DNA from: Bigelowiella natans CCMP2755
Taxonomy: Eukaryota > Protista > Cercozoa
DNA: 64,000 nucleotides
NCBI GenBank assembly: GCA_000320545.1
Contig: ADNK01000483.1
Span: 1-64,000 of the forward strand
Direction: 5' to 3'
Part shown: positions 38,862 to 49,616 of the stretch, in pieces
How the letters are laid out: each line of letters opens with the position of its first letter
How positions within the stretch are numbered: position 1 is the stretch's first letter
Notes under the pieces: model-generated
Databases searched by the model: none
Seen by the model: the letters and a program-made list of their open reading frames with translations, nothing else
What the model was told of the DNA's origin: nothing
Position numbers and translations under genes: made by a program

Positions 38862-41469
38862 TCCCCTCCCCCTCTACTGCCAGTATCAATGCAGCTGCCG
38901 TCGCCCGTGAAGCGGAGGAGCTTCTAGAGCGTGAAGGTAACCCCCAGATGCACGGGGCGGGGGGGGGGTTCGTGTCTCGCCTCCTGCGGTCGGGAGATCT
39001 CATGTTCGATAGGCTTATCATCCACGAGGAGCCCATTGGTGAGGGGGGCGGCAGCAGCTGCCCACTGGATATCATGGCTCTTGCGGAGGGGCAACAGGTG
39101 ATATGTATAAAGAAGAAGAAGAAGAAGAAGAAGAAGAAGCAGTAGCAGGAGCAGCACGCCAAAGGGAGCACGCAGAACGGCGATATGTCGCGGGCAGCTA
39201 CCATCGACGCCATTGAAATCGTTGTGTGGTGCGCGTTGTGTAGCGAGAGAGAGGGAGAGAGAAAGAGAGGATAAATGGCTGAGAAGTTCAGAACAAACCA
39301 TGATCTTCGTATAGCGACACAGACATCATGGCTGTTTCTCACAATTATTAGCTGCTGCGTGAGAGAACGAGAGAGGGGAAGGGGGAGAGACAAAGAGTTG
39401 ATAACTTCAGTCATACGTCGTGGTTGTTCATCATTTCTCCTCCTCCTCCTCCTCCTCCTCCTCGTCATTGTCGTCGTCGGCACCCGATCATGCATGGATT
39501 CCTAACTAGCTCAAGCAGCTGGTGATGGTGGCGGACGTTTCTGGAAATGAAGGGGGGGGTCACAGCTTCGCGTCGACTCTCCTTGAGGTGTTGAAGATAG
39601 TTGTCGTAGTCGTATTGATTTGTTGTTGTTGTTGTTGTTGTTGTTGTTATTGTACTACTTCATCATGTTGTGGGAGAACTGTAGCGTATAGTGTTCACCT
39701 ACGATATCCTATCAACAAATACCCCCCACACCACACACGACGTACATATTCATGGATCCACTGTTTTTCGATGACAGACATTGCCTGCAGAAGCGATATT
39801 CCATCTACACGAGCAGGTCTCTCCTTCTACTTCTCCTTCTTCTCCTTCTCTCTCCAACCCCCCCCCCCCCCCCTTTTCATGCCCTCTTATAAACCGCGTC
39901 CATAGTTCCGGTTGCCCCACGGATTGGCTCTTTTCCCCTTTGGCGTGTTTGCGGGTGCTGCGTCGAGTAATGGCCACTTCACTCGCTCTCTCGCCTCCGC
40001 CTCAATCCCCAATCATCACCGCGAACTCCTCCGCACACTGTTTAAAAACGATGAATTCCCCGTAAGTTTCGTGGAAGTCTCCCAAGCAAAGGAAATCCAG
40101 GTGTGTGCGTTGCGTGGAGGTCGCGCCGTCTCGTCGTTGTGAACATCGTCCTTTTGCTAGCAGCCCACCACGTTGTTTTCTCACTGTGCAGGAGGAGGCA
40201 GCAGCAGCAGTAGTAGTAGTAGTCGTATTGCTACATGTGGGTCGCATTACTAGTAGCTGTAGTAGCGTTGTAAGAGGAGCTTGACTGAGGCCCCCGCTTT
40301 ATCTTTTTCCCCTGCTGCTGCTGATGCCGTTGGAACTCTACTACCATCATATCTAGAACCATAGCTTCGGCGACTTCAGGAATAGCGGCGATCTGAGGAA
40401 TCGAAGCGAGGCCGAAAGGGTGCTCGTTTTCCTCCTCTTCCTCCTCCTCCTCCTCCTCCTCCTCCTCCTCCTTCATCACCATGACAATCTCACCATCACA
40501 ACCACCGCCATTATCTATTCTATCACCGCTACGACTACCCCTTCAACAGTGTCTGTTTGCTGTGATCTTCATCTGTTTTCTAATACCCCCAACCATCATC
40601 CGCCAACTGCAATGCAGGTATGCCAGGTCTGCAGCATGATAGTGGAGAAGGCATCTAGTCAGGGGGGGGGGGGACACGCCCGAAAACGAAGAAAACGACG
40701 CGGGAGGGATGAGGCCGATGACGATGCAGCACCCGCCCTTTCGCCTATTTCCCCCATTCTAAGAATAGCTGTGTTGACGCCTTACGACTCACAGAAGGTC
40801 GGCACTGTCGGCTTCAATCGGATGGATGATGATGATGATGACGATGATGATGATGATGATGGAAAAAAGGAGAGAAGGACACCGCGTAAGTCAGCTCTTG
40901 ATTAGCATCATACGTTATTATTATTATTATTATAATTGTGGCCATAATCTCATCGGCTTACTCGGTCTCCCCCCCCTCTCCATCTCTCTATCTCTCTACC
41001 TTCGTGCGTAAAGGAGTTGATAGAGTCCCTACTAAAGGAAGCCGCTGCTTGTCCCTCCTCCAAATTGTCGCGAGATCATCTCAGTACAAGGAGCAGCAAT
41101 GGATACAGCAGCAGCAGCAATTCGAGCTACAAGATCCAGGTTTGCCTGGCTTTCTCACCCGCGTGCATTCATGACTGTCCGGGTCGTCCTGACTCGTAGA
41201 TGTCCGCCCTCTTTCCTTGTAGGTGGACGTGAGTACAATCGACGGTTTCGGTGCCAATGAGACGTATGTTTAGTAGTAAGAGAAGTCATTACGTGTGAAG
41301 TTTGTACAACTGCCTCCGGTGATGCCATACGGACTGCTTATTCCACCCACGGACAAAGATGATGATAGTAGCATAGACGACAATACCACCGCAATCTTAG
41401 TGTTCTACGTGCTGTCCGGATCGTAGCCTAATTCACGCTCTCCTGTGTTTTCCATCATGCCTTTTTCTC

Positions 41470-41540
<71 letters not shown>

Positions 41541-43118
41541 TTCGAACCAATCTGATCGACAGGGACATCGTCATTTTCTCTCCTGCAAGAACAGGGAATC
41601 ATTCCCCCTCCTCCTCCTCCTCCTCCTCTTTCCTCTCCTCTCCCTGCTCGTTCTCCCATCCGGAGTCGATGTATCACGTTCTTACGCGACCAAGGCTAGG
41701 CTTTATTCTGGTCGGTAGTAGTAGGTTGAAGACTTCGCCTTGAGTCCATTCCACCATCTATCCGTGCTGCCAGCGAGAGATGTATATAGACAGAGGGGGG
41801 GAGGGGGGGGAGAGGGAGAGAGCATTGGACATGGTGTTTTCTCGCGCGTTTGTTTTTGTTTTCTCGCGTGACGGGAGGACGGGTTGCTATTTGCCTGCCA
41901 CTTAGGTCGGCAGCCGATCGTTGTTTGGAGTTGACAAGCTGTGGTAGGACATCGTAGCAACCATGATGAAAGGATGGGCCATGGGGACTTTCATGATGAC
42001 AATATTGATGATGATGCTGCAGCGACGATGTATCTTGGACAACTAGACCGTCATATTTCAAACAATTCACCATTGATCACGACACTTGTCGCCTCCTCCT
42101 CCCCATCCGCACACACTCAGGTCCTCGTGGTACGAGTTTGCCTCCGGTACGGGCTCGGGTGATATGAAGGTTCGAAAGCGACCAGTGGTGATGGATGGCG
42201 ACGATGGTGATTGTTGTCATCCATTTGGAACCCGATCCTAACAGACAAAAGCATTTCGTCATGAATCACATGTTTATGCGTTTTTCCGTGCATTGGGTTT
42301 CACAGGGAAAATGTTGTGTGTGTGTGTGTGTGTGTGTTTGTGTTTGTGTTAATTGTGTCCCTTTTGTGTGACCGTACAACTTGCATGTAGAGGGCTACGA
42401 AAGCGATCGAGGAGGCAACTCAACTCCTGCATAGGAAAAGGACAACGCCAATCACAAATTCATTATCATCGTTATCATCATCATCATCATCATCTCCACC
42501 AGCTGCAGCAAATTTGAATCAAGAGACAAAAGGAGGAGAAGGGGGGGGAGGGAGAACAGGAACAGCAACCTCAACCCCTAAAAGCTCTCTGACCTCCGCC
42601 GCGAATGCCTATTGGGTGCGTGTGAGTATAATGTGCTTATATGTGTCGCGCGTGTGTCAGAAAAGATGTAGTTTGGGAAATAGTCAGGGAAAGGGGGGGG
42701 TCATGAGGTTAAGAAGGGTACATTTGGAAGCGCTCAAATGCACAAACGTCGATGCTCCCATTCTGCGAAACCAATCGCCATGCCTCTACTGTTTTCTGCA
42801 TTCTTTTCCCCGATGGTGCATTCATAGTAGTATTCACGTGGCGCATTTTGCAATCGTTTTTTCCAGCAAGCTTTGAATAGTGGCGCTAGTGAAGTGGAGT
42901 CGGAACTAATGCGTGAAGAAATTGTTCGCAGTGCGTTCAGCCTCGAATCACAAGAGTTGGAACGCAATTATTGGCTGCGGCCCCGTGAGTGGTCATCAAT
43001 AGACCTCGAGGCGGCCCGCGCAGGAGCTCCGGATGCGAAGCCTTATATCGACGACTTGCCCAGTGCGCCATCGCGAAGAATACGCGAAGAGGATTCAAAG
43101 GCTGATGGGACTCGATGA
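34190..43118 (+). CDS. Upf1/Sen1 (DNA2-NAM7)-like SF1 helicase with degenerate motifs; many microsatellite-rich introns; start approximate
   Basis: Motifs appear in the correct order across exons: LTKSQ (Q motif), IEGRSGSGKR (I), FDRLIIHEE (II), KQLVMVAD (III), LHEQ|FRLPHGLALFP, RIAVLTPYDSQ, VSTIDGFGANET|DIVIFS (V), HVLTRPRLGFILVG (VI). Confidence 0.7.
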
Positions 43119-43712
43119 CCACCCAAAACGCACTAGAGATATTTGATCCTTTTTAGATCTGCACAGCTTCGTCAATGTGAAAGAGATTCTTGTGTCGCTT
43201 GCTTATAATTTTGGACAAACTACGCGCCAATGTGCTGCTGCGGTCACTTCATGAGAATGTGCGCGCACGACAAAACGTCACGACCGAGGTATACTTATTT
43301 CGTAACAAAGTTCGATCATCCACTTTTTGTCGTCACGCAACAATCGAGACACGTGCTGAGTGCACACGTACTGCATGGGCAAGCGAGTGAGCTGCGCAAA
43401 AAGCGCGGTTGGCGAAATTGAGCATATACCGCCCGTCCCCAGCCGCATTATGGTGTCGCTGCAAGACAGGTGTAATTAATCAATTATATTTGTCGCTGTG
43501 TATGCATAATTTGCTCATATGCGGAGCTGCCAGTGCCACGTGCACAAACAGGTTAGATTTTGTTTGTAGACACTCAGCACCCAACGCAGCTGCGATGCAG
43601 TTTTCAAAATCATTCTGTCATCGGTCATTATGGATCAACATCTAGACGCTCTATACACATCCAGCTAAGCATTGCGCACTGTCCAATGAAGTGCATGCGT
43701 GCCTAACAACAT

Positions 43713-44136
43713 CTAGCTAGCAGATATTCCAAGATGGTAAACTGACCAACGGTCCTCCAGCTTAGCCTTGTTGAAGACAAGACCCGTTTGGTCAATAGAA
43801 AAGTACGAGTACTTGACCTTTGACAACTTCTGCTTCACAGTTTTGATGGTGTCCAAAGAATCGACGTCCAAAGTGATCGTTTCGCCGGCAATGGAATTCT
43901 TCACAATTAATTACATAGATACTCCTCCAAGACGAAGAACGAGGTGAAGGGTCGACTCCTTCTGGATCTTGTAGTCTGCCAGGGTGCGACCGTCCTCGAG
44001 CTGCTTACCATCGAAGATGAGACGCTGCTGATCAGATGGAAATTTTTCATCCTTGTCATGGAGCTTCTGCTTCACAGTTTGGATGGCATCTGAAGAGTCG
44101 ACGTCCAAAGTGATCTCTTCACAAGGATTTGCACGA
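43713..44136 (-). pseudogene. Degenerate tandem di-ubiquitin
   Basis: Copy 1: VQILVK, frameshift, [60 protein letters not shown]. Then VS, then copy 2: M*LIVKNSIAGETITLDVDSLDTI..LVFNKAKLED, with TAA where ubiquitin has Gln2 and no terminal GG. Confidence 0.8.
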
Positions 44137-44857
44137 AATCCTCCTCTGCAGCTCCATCGATGGTGCCGGAAGAAGGAATCCAGGAAATGCAGGAAATCCT
44201 AGGAAATGTCGAAGAAGACAAATCTCGACGGAAATCGATTGAAATCCTCCGAAATCCCCTGTGTTTTAAACACTCAGATCGATGCTCAGGCGAGCTGGTA
44301 ATCATAAATTGTACATTAAATGAATAGATCTAGGACGGACTTCTCTCGATGTTTCCTGCGTGAAACACGAGACATGTGGTAAATTACCAATTTCCTGGCA
44401 AAACCGTCTGTCTCCCCGATGTTTTCCCCTGCATTTTACTGTTTGTTTGGTTAGGCCCAGATTACAGGCACTCGTCACCGGTCGAAAGAAAAGTGGCGGA
44501 GGGGAGGAGCCAGAAGCAGGAGATGGCGGATAAGCTCACCATGACGAGTCAGTTTTTAACCTACCTAGGCTGTAACCTTTTTGGTTGGTTTTCTCTTCGA
44601 GCAGGGACCATTATATGTGTCTAGGCTGCCACTTCGCCACGATGATCAATAATGACATATTTGTTTGACATCCAACACGAAGGCGCCGAATTGGCGGCGG
44701 CAGGGAAGCTCTCGCTACTCTTTGCTCGGATTCCAATAGGAACCGATGTGAAAGGAAACCGTCTCGAAGAGCACACAGCAGCTATGTACGATAACCGTCC
44801 TTTTTCTTCAGAAATATCAACTTATTTCAACATTTTTTTCCCAGGAAACTTGCTGAA

Positions 44858-47035
44858 ATGGTTCAAGTATCTGCTCCACCGACGTCTCACCATATGATTA
44901 TGGTAGAGAAAAAATTGGCTGAAGAATCACTGGAGAATAAGAGCTGTCCGCACACAAAGTACAGGGATGCGGTTATGCGGTATGACAAGGTGTTGCGGGA
45001 TGCTCTCGGATTTTCTGAACAGATCTCTAAGAGTCTAACAAGCCTCAATGAGAATTATCTTGATGTTTCAAAGAAAACTAGTACAGTAGACACTAATTGT
45101 CAGACATTGCTGAAAGAACAGGAAGCGCTGACGTCTACGGCCAACGAGTTGAAAAGCAAGCTCAAGTTTTTCAACAAAGCGCATCAGCTATCTTCTCAGC
45201 TGAAAACAAACGAAATGGCAATGAAGCTTGTCACCAGTCCGAACTTACACGAAACTATTAAGGGGCTCGAAGTAGCAATGAATTTCATGCTCAAGAACTC
45301 TGAATGGAAGGAGGCTCGCAAGTATCACGGAGTGTTCGTGAGGCTCCAGGAAAGGCTCTTCAATGCAGTGAAGTCCCACTTCGTGTCTCAACTTCGAGGG
45401 GCTGTGGCGTCGCTACGCCAACAAGCACGTATAGACAAAACTGAGATCAAAATGTCTTCCGCAAAGGCGTTTATCGAGTTCCAGGCTGTAGCCACGAAGC
45501 TGGAGCCCTTAATACATTCAATACAAACCAAATCGGCAAACTCAGCGCAGTATCGTACCCTCTTGGCACAATTATACCAATCTTTTGCCCAATATCGACT
45601 CAAGTTGCTTCGAGGTGAAGTGGAAGCTGAGTGGAGGAAGGAAATCAATTCACTAGAGCTCCCCTCCGCTGTGCGAGTTGGCTGCACTAATATTATCAAT
45701 GTTCTCACCTACGAATTCCAGCTCTTCGAGCATTTTTTCGAGATGAAGAAAGAGGCGAGGCCTGTACTCGACAGTCTGCTGTCTTCACTCTCAACAATAA
45801 TATATACTGGACTAAGACCCATTCTCATCCAGGAACTTGATCTTGAGCCAATAGCCGAAGCCATCCAGATACTCAAGAATGATTTATTAGAGCAGCAAGT
45901 AAAACCGCGCGGAGAATCTCTTGGGGCACTCATCCCTGTCACCTCGCGACTACTCACCGATATGCAATTGCGTCTAGCTTATCGCGCCCAGATATATATC
46001 AACGAACAGATTGCGTGCTTCGAGCCTTCCACTTCTGACCTCGACTACCCTGATTGCTTAGTGCAGAAAAAAGAAGTTAAGAAGAATGCGCCAACAGAGA
46101 AGGGGGAAGCCACCGAGGAAGTGAAGGGGAACGCAGATAAAAGCCTCCACTCAAAGCTTGAGGGTGATGTCTCGTACCCAACGCTTCGAAAGACAGTAAT
46201 GTGTCTTTTCAAGCTACGGGAGTGCGTTGAGGCAGGGGCATTTAGTCACTTAGCCCACGAGGCTATCACTCATTGCACGAACTCTTTGAGGAGCGCCAGT
46301 GTCATCATTAACAATAGGAAAGGTTCGATACACGGACACCTATTTCTCATAAAGTTCCTACTCGTTTTACGATCTCAAATATCAGTATTGAACATTAGCC
46401 GCCACCATCAGAGTCAACTAGATTTCTCGCATATGAAGGATGTGATATCAAGCTTAGTTGCCGGTAGTGCATCTTTGCAGTCGCTACTTAGAGATGGAAC
46501 CCCAAATATCGTCAAACGTGAAGTAAATGCTAAGAAAATGCTTGAAGCTCAGCTGAAACTCACGTGCGAACATCTCATCACGCGCCAAAGCGATGTTTTG
46601 GTGGGCGATCTGGCTTATGCGCTGCAGGATCTGAAACAAGCGAATGCTACAGCTCGGGCTAAAGAAAAGGGAAATGAAGAAGAATACGACGAGGATAACT
46701 TCAAGAAGGCTGCAGAAGTGCTCCGAAGGATGATTTTAGATGAAGAAGATAAAACCTCGAAGCCAACATCAACCCCACGCACAAAATTAACAGGAACAAA
46801 GAAAAAATCGCAAAGAGGATTGAAAGGGGGTTTAAGCCACTTAGCCAAAAATTTGAGAGTTTATTTGAAAAACAAGAACATGGAGAGGATGCTTCTTGAT
46901 CCTGTTTGCGGAAATGTTAAGAAAGTGCTCTTAAACGCTCGTGAGCTCATTAGTAAGAGTAAGCGTCCGGAGGCAAAAAGAATGCTCTCAGACCTTTTAC
47001 AGCTTGAATCTGAAGTAATAACGATGTTTCAATAA
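44858..47035 (+). CDS. COG3: Conserved oligomeric Golgi complex subunit 3 (Sec34); long single exon, probably with short upstream exon(s) from about 44520-44845
   Basis: KTSTVDTNCQTLLKEQ..LKFF, DLDYPD, YPTLRKTVMCLFKL, GHLFLIKFLLVLRSQI match COG3 (KTxxLHxACEQLLxEQ, DLxYP, YPTVxRTLxCLSKL, DGQLFLIKHLLILREQI). Confidence 0.9.
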   Translation: MVQVSAPPTSHHMIMVEKKLAEESLENKSCPHTKYRDAVMRYDKVLRDALGFSEQISKSLTSLNENYLDVSKKTSTVDTNCQTLLKEQEALTSTANELKSKLKFFNKAHQLSSQLKTNEMAMKLVTSPNLHETIKGLEVAMNFMLKNSEWKEARKYHGVFVRLQERLFNAVKSHFVSQLRGAVASLRQQARIDKTEIKMSSAKAFIEFQAVATKLEPLIHSIQTKSANSAQYRTLLAQLYQSFAQYRLKLLRGEVEAEWRKEINSLELPSAVRVGCTNIINVLTYEFQLFEHFFEMKKEARPVLDSLLSSLSTIIYTGLRPILIQELDLEPIAEAIQILKNDLLEQQVKPRGESLGALIPVTSRLLTDMQLRLAYRAQIYINEQIACFEPSTSDLDYPDCLVQKKEVKKNAPTEKGEATEEVKGNADKSLHSKLEGDVSYPTLRKTVMCLFKLRECVEAGAFSHLAHEAITHCTNSLRSASVIINNRKGSIHGHLFLIKFLLVLRSQISVLNISRHHQSQLDFSHMKDVISSLVAGSASLQSLLRDGTPNIVKREVNAKKMLEAQLKLTCEHLITRQSDVLVGDLAYALQDLKQANATARAKEKGNEEEYDEDNFKKAAEVLRRMILDEEDKTSKPTSTPRTKLTGTKKKSQRGLKGGLSHLAKNLRVYLKNKNMERMLLDPVCGNVKKVLLNARELISKSKRPEAKRMLSDLLQLESEVITMFQ

Positions 47036-47780
47036 TCTTCAACATGATTAAAAATCGAGCTCAAGCTCGGCTCAGCGTTCACTAATGAGATTTCGATCAA
47101 TGATGAGATTAACAGGCTTGGATTTGTGAGATGCTATGTGGCATGAAAATTGTGAATCTGAACGATTCTAGGTAGGTTAGCGATATTAATATGGTCCATG
47201 ATAGTGAACATGCATTTTAACCACCCTCATTGTAAATAACACGTATCACCGTATGAGCTGCCGGAGTCTGTCTATGGACAGGATGCACTATTTCTAGACT
47301 TTTGCGATCGATCGATGTGCACAGTCCTGATTTAGCATGATGTTTTCAATGTCCATGTTGCGTGTCACCGCACCGTGCGATCCATACTGAGCCTGCACAA
47401 TCTTCGCAACATTCTATGCCAGCTGTTGATGCTGCAGTGCTGTTCTATCCGAAGATCTTAACTTCTCGTGCTGCGCGGCGTACGCATGAACACACGCTAC
47501 AGCACGTACGTGTTGCCAGACGTCATCATTGTGCTCGATTCGGAACACATGATCGTGCGGCACATCGACCATGTGTTGATGAGGTTACTTTCAACTTATG
47601 ATAGGCTAAGATTTTCGCATTATCCACAGCACTAAGATTTTTAGTTGCGTGACATTTTTCAAGTACATGCCATAGACAAGTCAGCATTAGCATGTAGCGA
47701 CAAATTGAAATAGACAAAGTGCGCATCGTCAATCATTTACCACAGCTCTCGATGACTAGTTCACAGTCATGCTCGGTTTT

Positions 47781-48053
47781 TTAGGAATGCCTTTCTAGGA
47801 GGGGCCTCAATATTGCAAGATTACGTGCATGGGTAGCGACACTGGCTCCGGTGGTTTCAGCAGTATTTACAGCTAGATCGGCTATCTTCTCTATATAGAG
47901 ATAAATAGCAGCTACTACCACAGAGAACGCAACGCAGCATATGAAAACCGCCCACATAAGACCAAAGACTTCCCACAGTGCCCCAATTTTTATGCCCTGC
48001 CGCCGGGCGTTCTTCGGGGAACTCTTCTTCACTTTTACCAGCGTATCCGCCAT
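47781..48053 (-). CDS. Possible small single-pass membrane protein (90 aa)
   Basis: ATG-initiated non-repetitive ORF with a basic N-terminus followed by a long hydrophobic segment (VFGLMWAVFICCVAFSVVVAAIYLYI). No family recognised. Confidence 0.4.
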   Translation of the reverse strand: MADTLVKVKKSSPKNARRQGIKIGALWEVFGLMWAVFICCVAFSVVVAAIYLYIEKIADLAVNTAETTGASVATHARNLAILRPLLERHS

Positions 48054-48769
48054 GTCGGGGTCCTAATAATGTAATTTGGTAAAGTCAAAATATTATCCAT
48101 GAAGTTAACCATAATTTAACTGCAAATAAGAATGAAATCTTCTTTATCATGCTCCATCAAGCTGGGAAGGGTGGGGCGGGTTGACCATCGTCGAGACTTG
48201 GTATTCTGCTACCGGAAAGGTGAATAGAAGAAATGCAATCTGTTTTACATGTACGTCTTGTGATATCTGGATATTCCGATTATTTAAAATTAAATCTGAC
48301 GTTTAATGAAAATCCCGTTCATTTTTAGTGTTCACTCGGTGATATCGGGATTTTTCAAAAGTTTTTCCTGAAGAAAATCTCGGCACCTCCCGCCCCAAAA
48401 ATTTGAATTTGGATTAGTGGCTTCTGGACGACCTCTAGCCGGTTGCACCTATGCGTGTGCATTGGTAGAAACGGACCGCTACCCAAAGGAAAGAACAGAA
48501 AGAGCTTTTATTGGAACAGTTTTCACGTATAAGTGGAAGGTGGAGAGGGGAAATGAAGACGATTTTTGGAAGTATTCTTCTGGTTTGCCTCCTGGCTTGC
48601 TTCTCCAATGCGGAAGAGATGGGAGGGGATCCGAAAAAAAATATGGAGCAGGAGACTAATAAGGCAGCCAAAGCAGCAGGGGTATAACTACGCATTCAAC
48701 CACCTTCTGCTTTTCGGCGCCCTCTCGTTGGTTGCTGATTTGTATATATATTTGAAGATTGATTCCAGG

Positions 48770-49561
48770 ATGATGGAAGCTATGATTGGAAACATGGACA
48801 AGCAACTTGATGCAACGATAGGAAAAGTTTCGGTGAGTTTCACGTTCGCCTCGAAGAGACGTAGCACCGTTAGTTTGCAAGCAATGCCGTGTAGCTGATC
48901 GAAATATGAAGATCTCTGTGTACATGTGATAATTCAGGGAGGGACTAACGGAGTGCCCGAAAGCGTGCTCAGTGGTAGTACGTCCTCTTTCCAAAATCCG
49001 TCGCTTCCACAGCACGTACAGCTGACGCAGCAAGGCAAGGGGGTCGTTGTTGCAAATACCGTGAAGTCTCTGCATGCGTTACCCGGTGGCCCAAACGACA
49101 AGGATGCGGCACTCGGAATACCTACCCCCACCGGATTTCTGGACCTGGTAGAATCAAGGCTCACCCCCAAGCAAGAGACGTACAAACAGCTACTGATGCG
49201 CTACATGGAGATGGTAAGTTATCTGCTGAAGCTTATTAGAAATGTTGTGGAAATGAATATCTCTTCTACTTTGGGTGGATTTTGAAAGTGAATACGATCA
49301 CGATGATGGTGATGATGGTGATGATGCTATGCAAGGAGGATGTGTCTTTTTACCTGTTGCTAGAGTGTTGTGGTGGTGGTGGTGGTTGCACCCGCGAAAA
49401 GTTCAGAAAGCTGTGTTGGTTTGTTTTCCTTCTCATTTTGATTAACATGAAAAGGCCAAAATGGCAGCCCGGAAGGCGGAGGGGCTGATTGTAGGAACCA
49501 AGACTGAACTTGCGGCTCTGGTGCAGCGGTAAATAAAATAGAACTAATTTGTTCATCTCCC

Positions 49562-49616
<55 letters not shown>

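Noticed and set aside
47095-47166. C-box (atgatga) and D-box (ctga) pair downstream of COG3 as a possible C/D snoRNA
   Set aside because: Weak terminal stem and no recognisable rRNA-complementary guide; probably 3' UTR.
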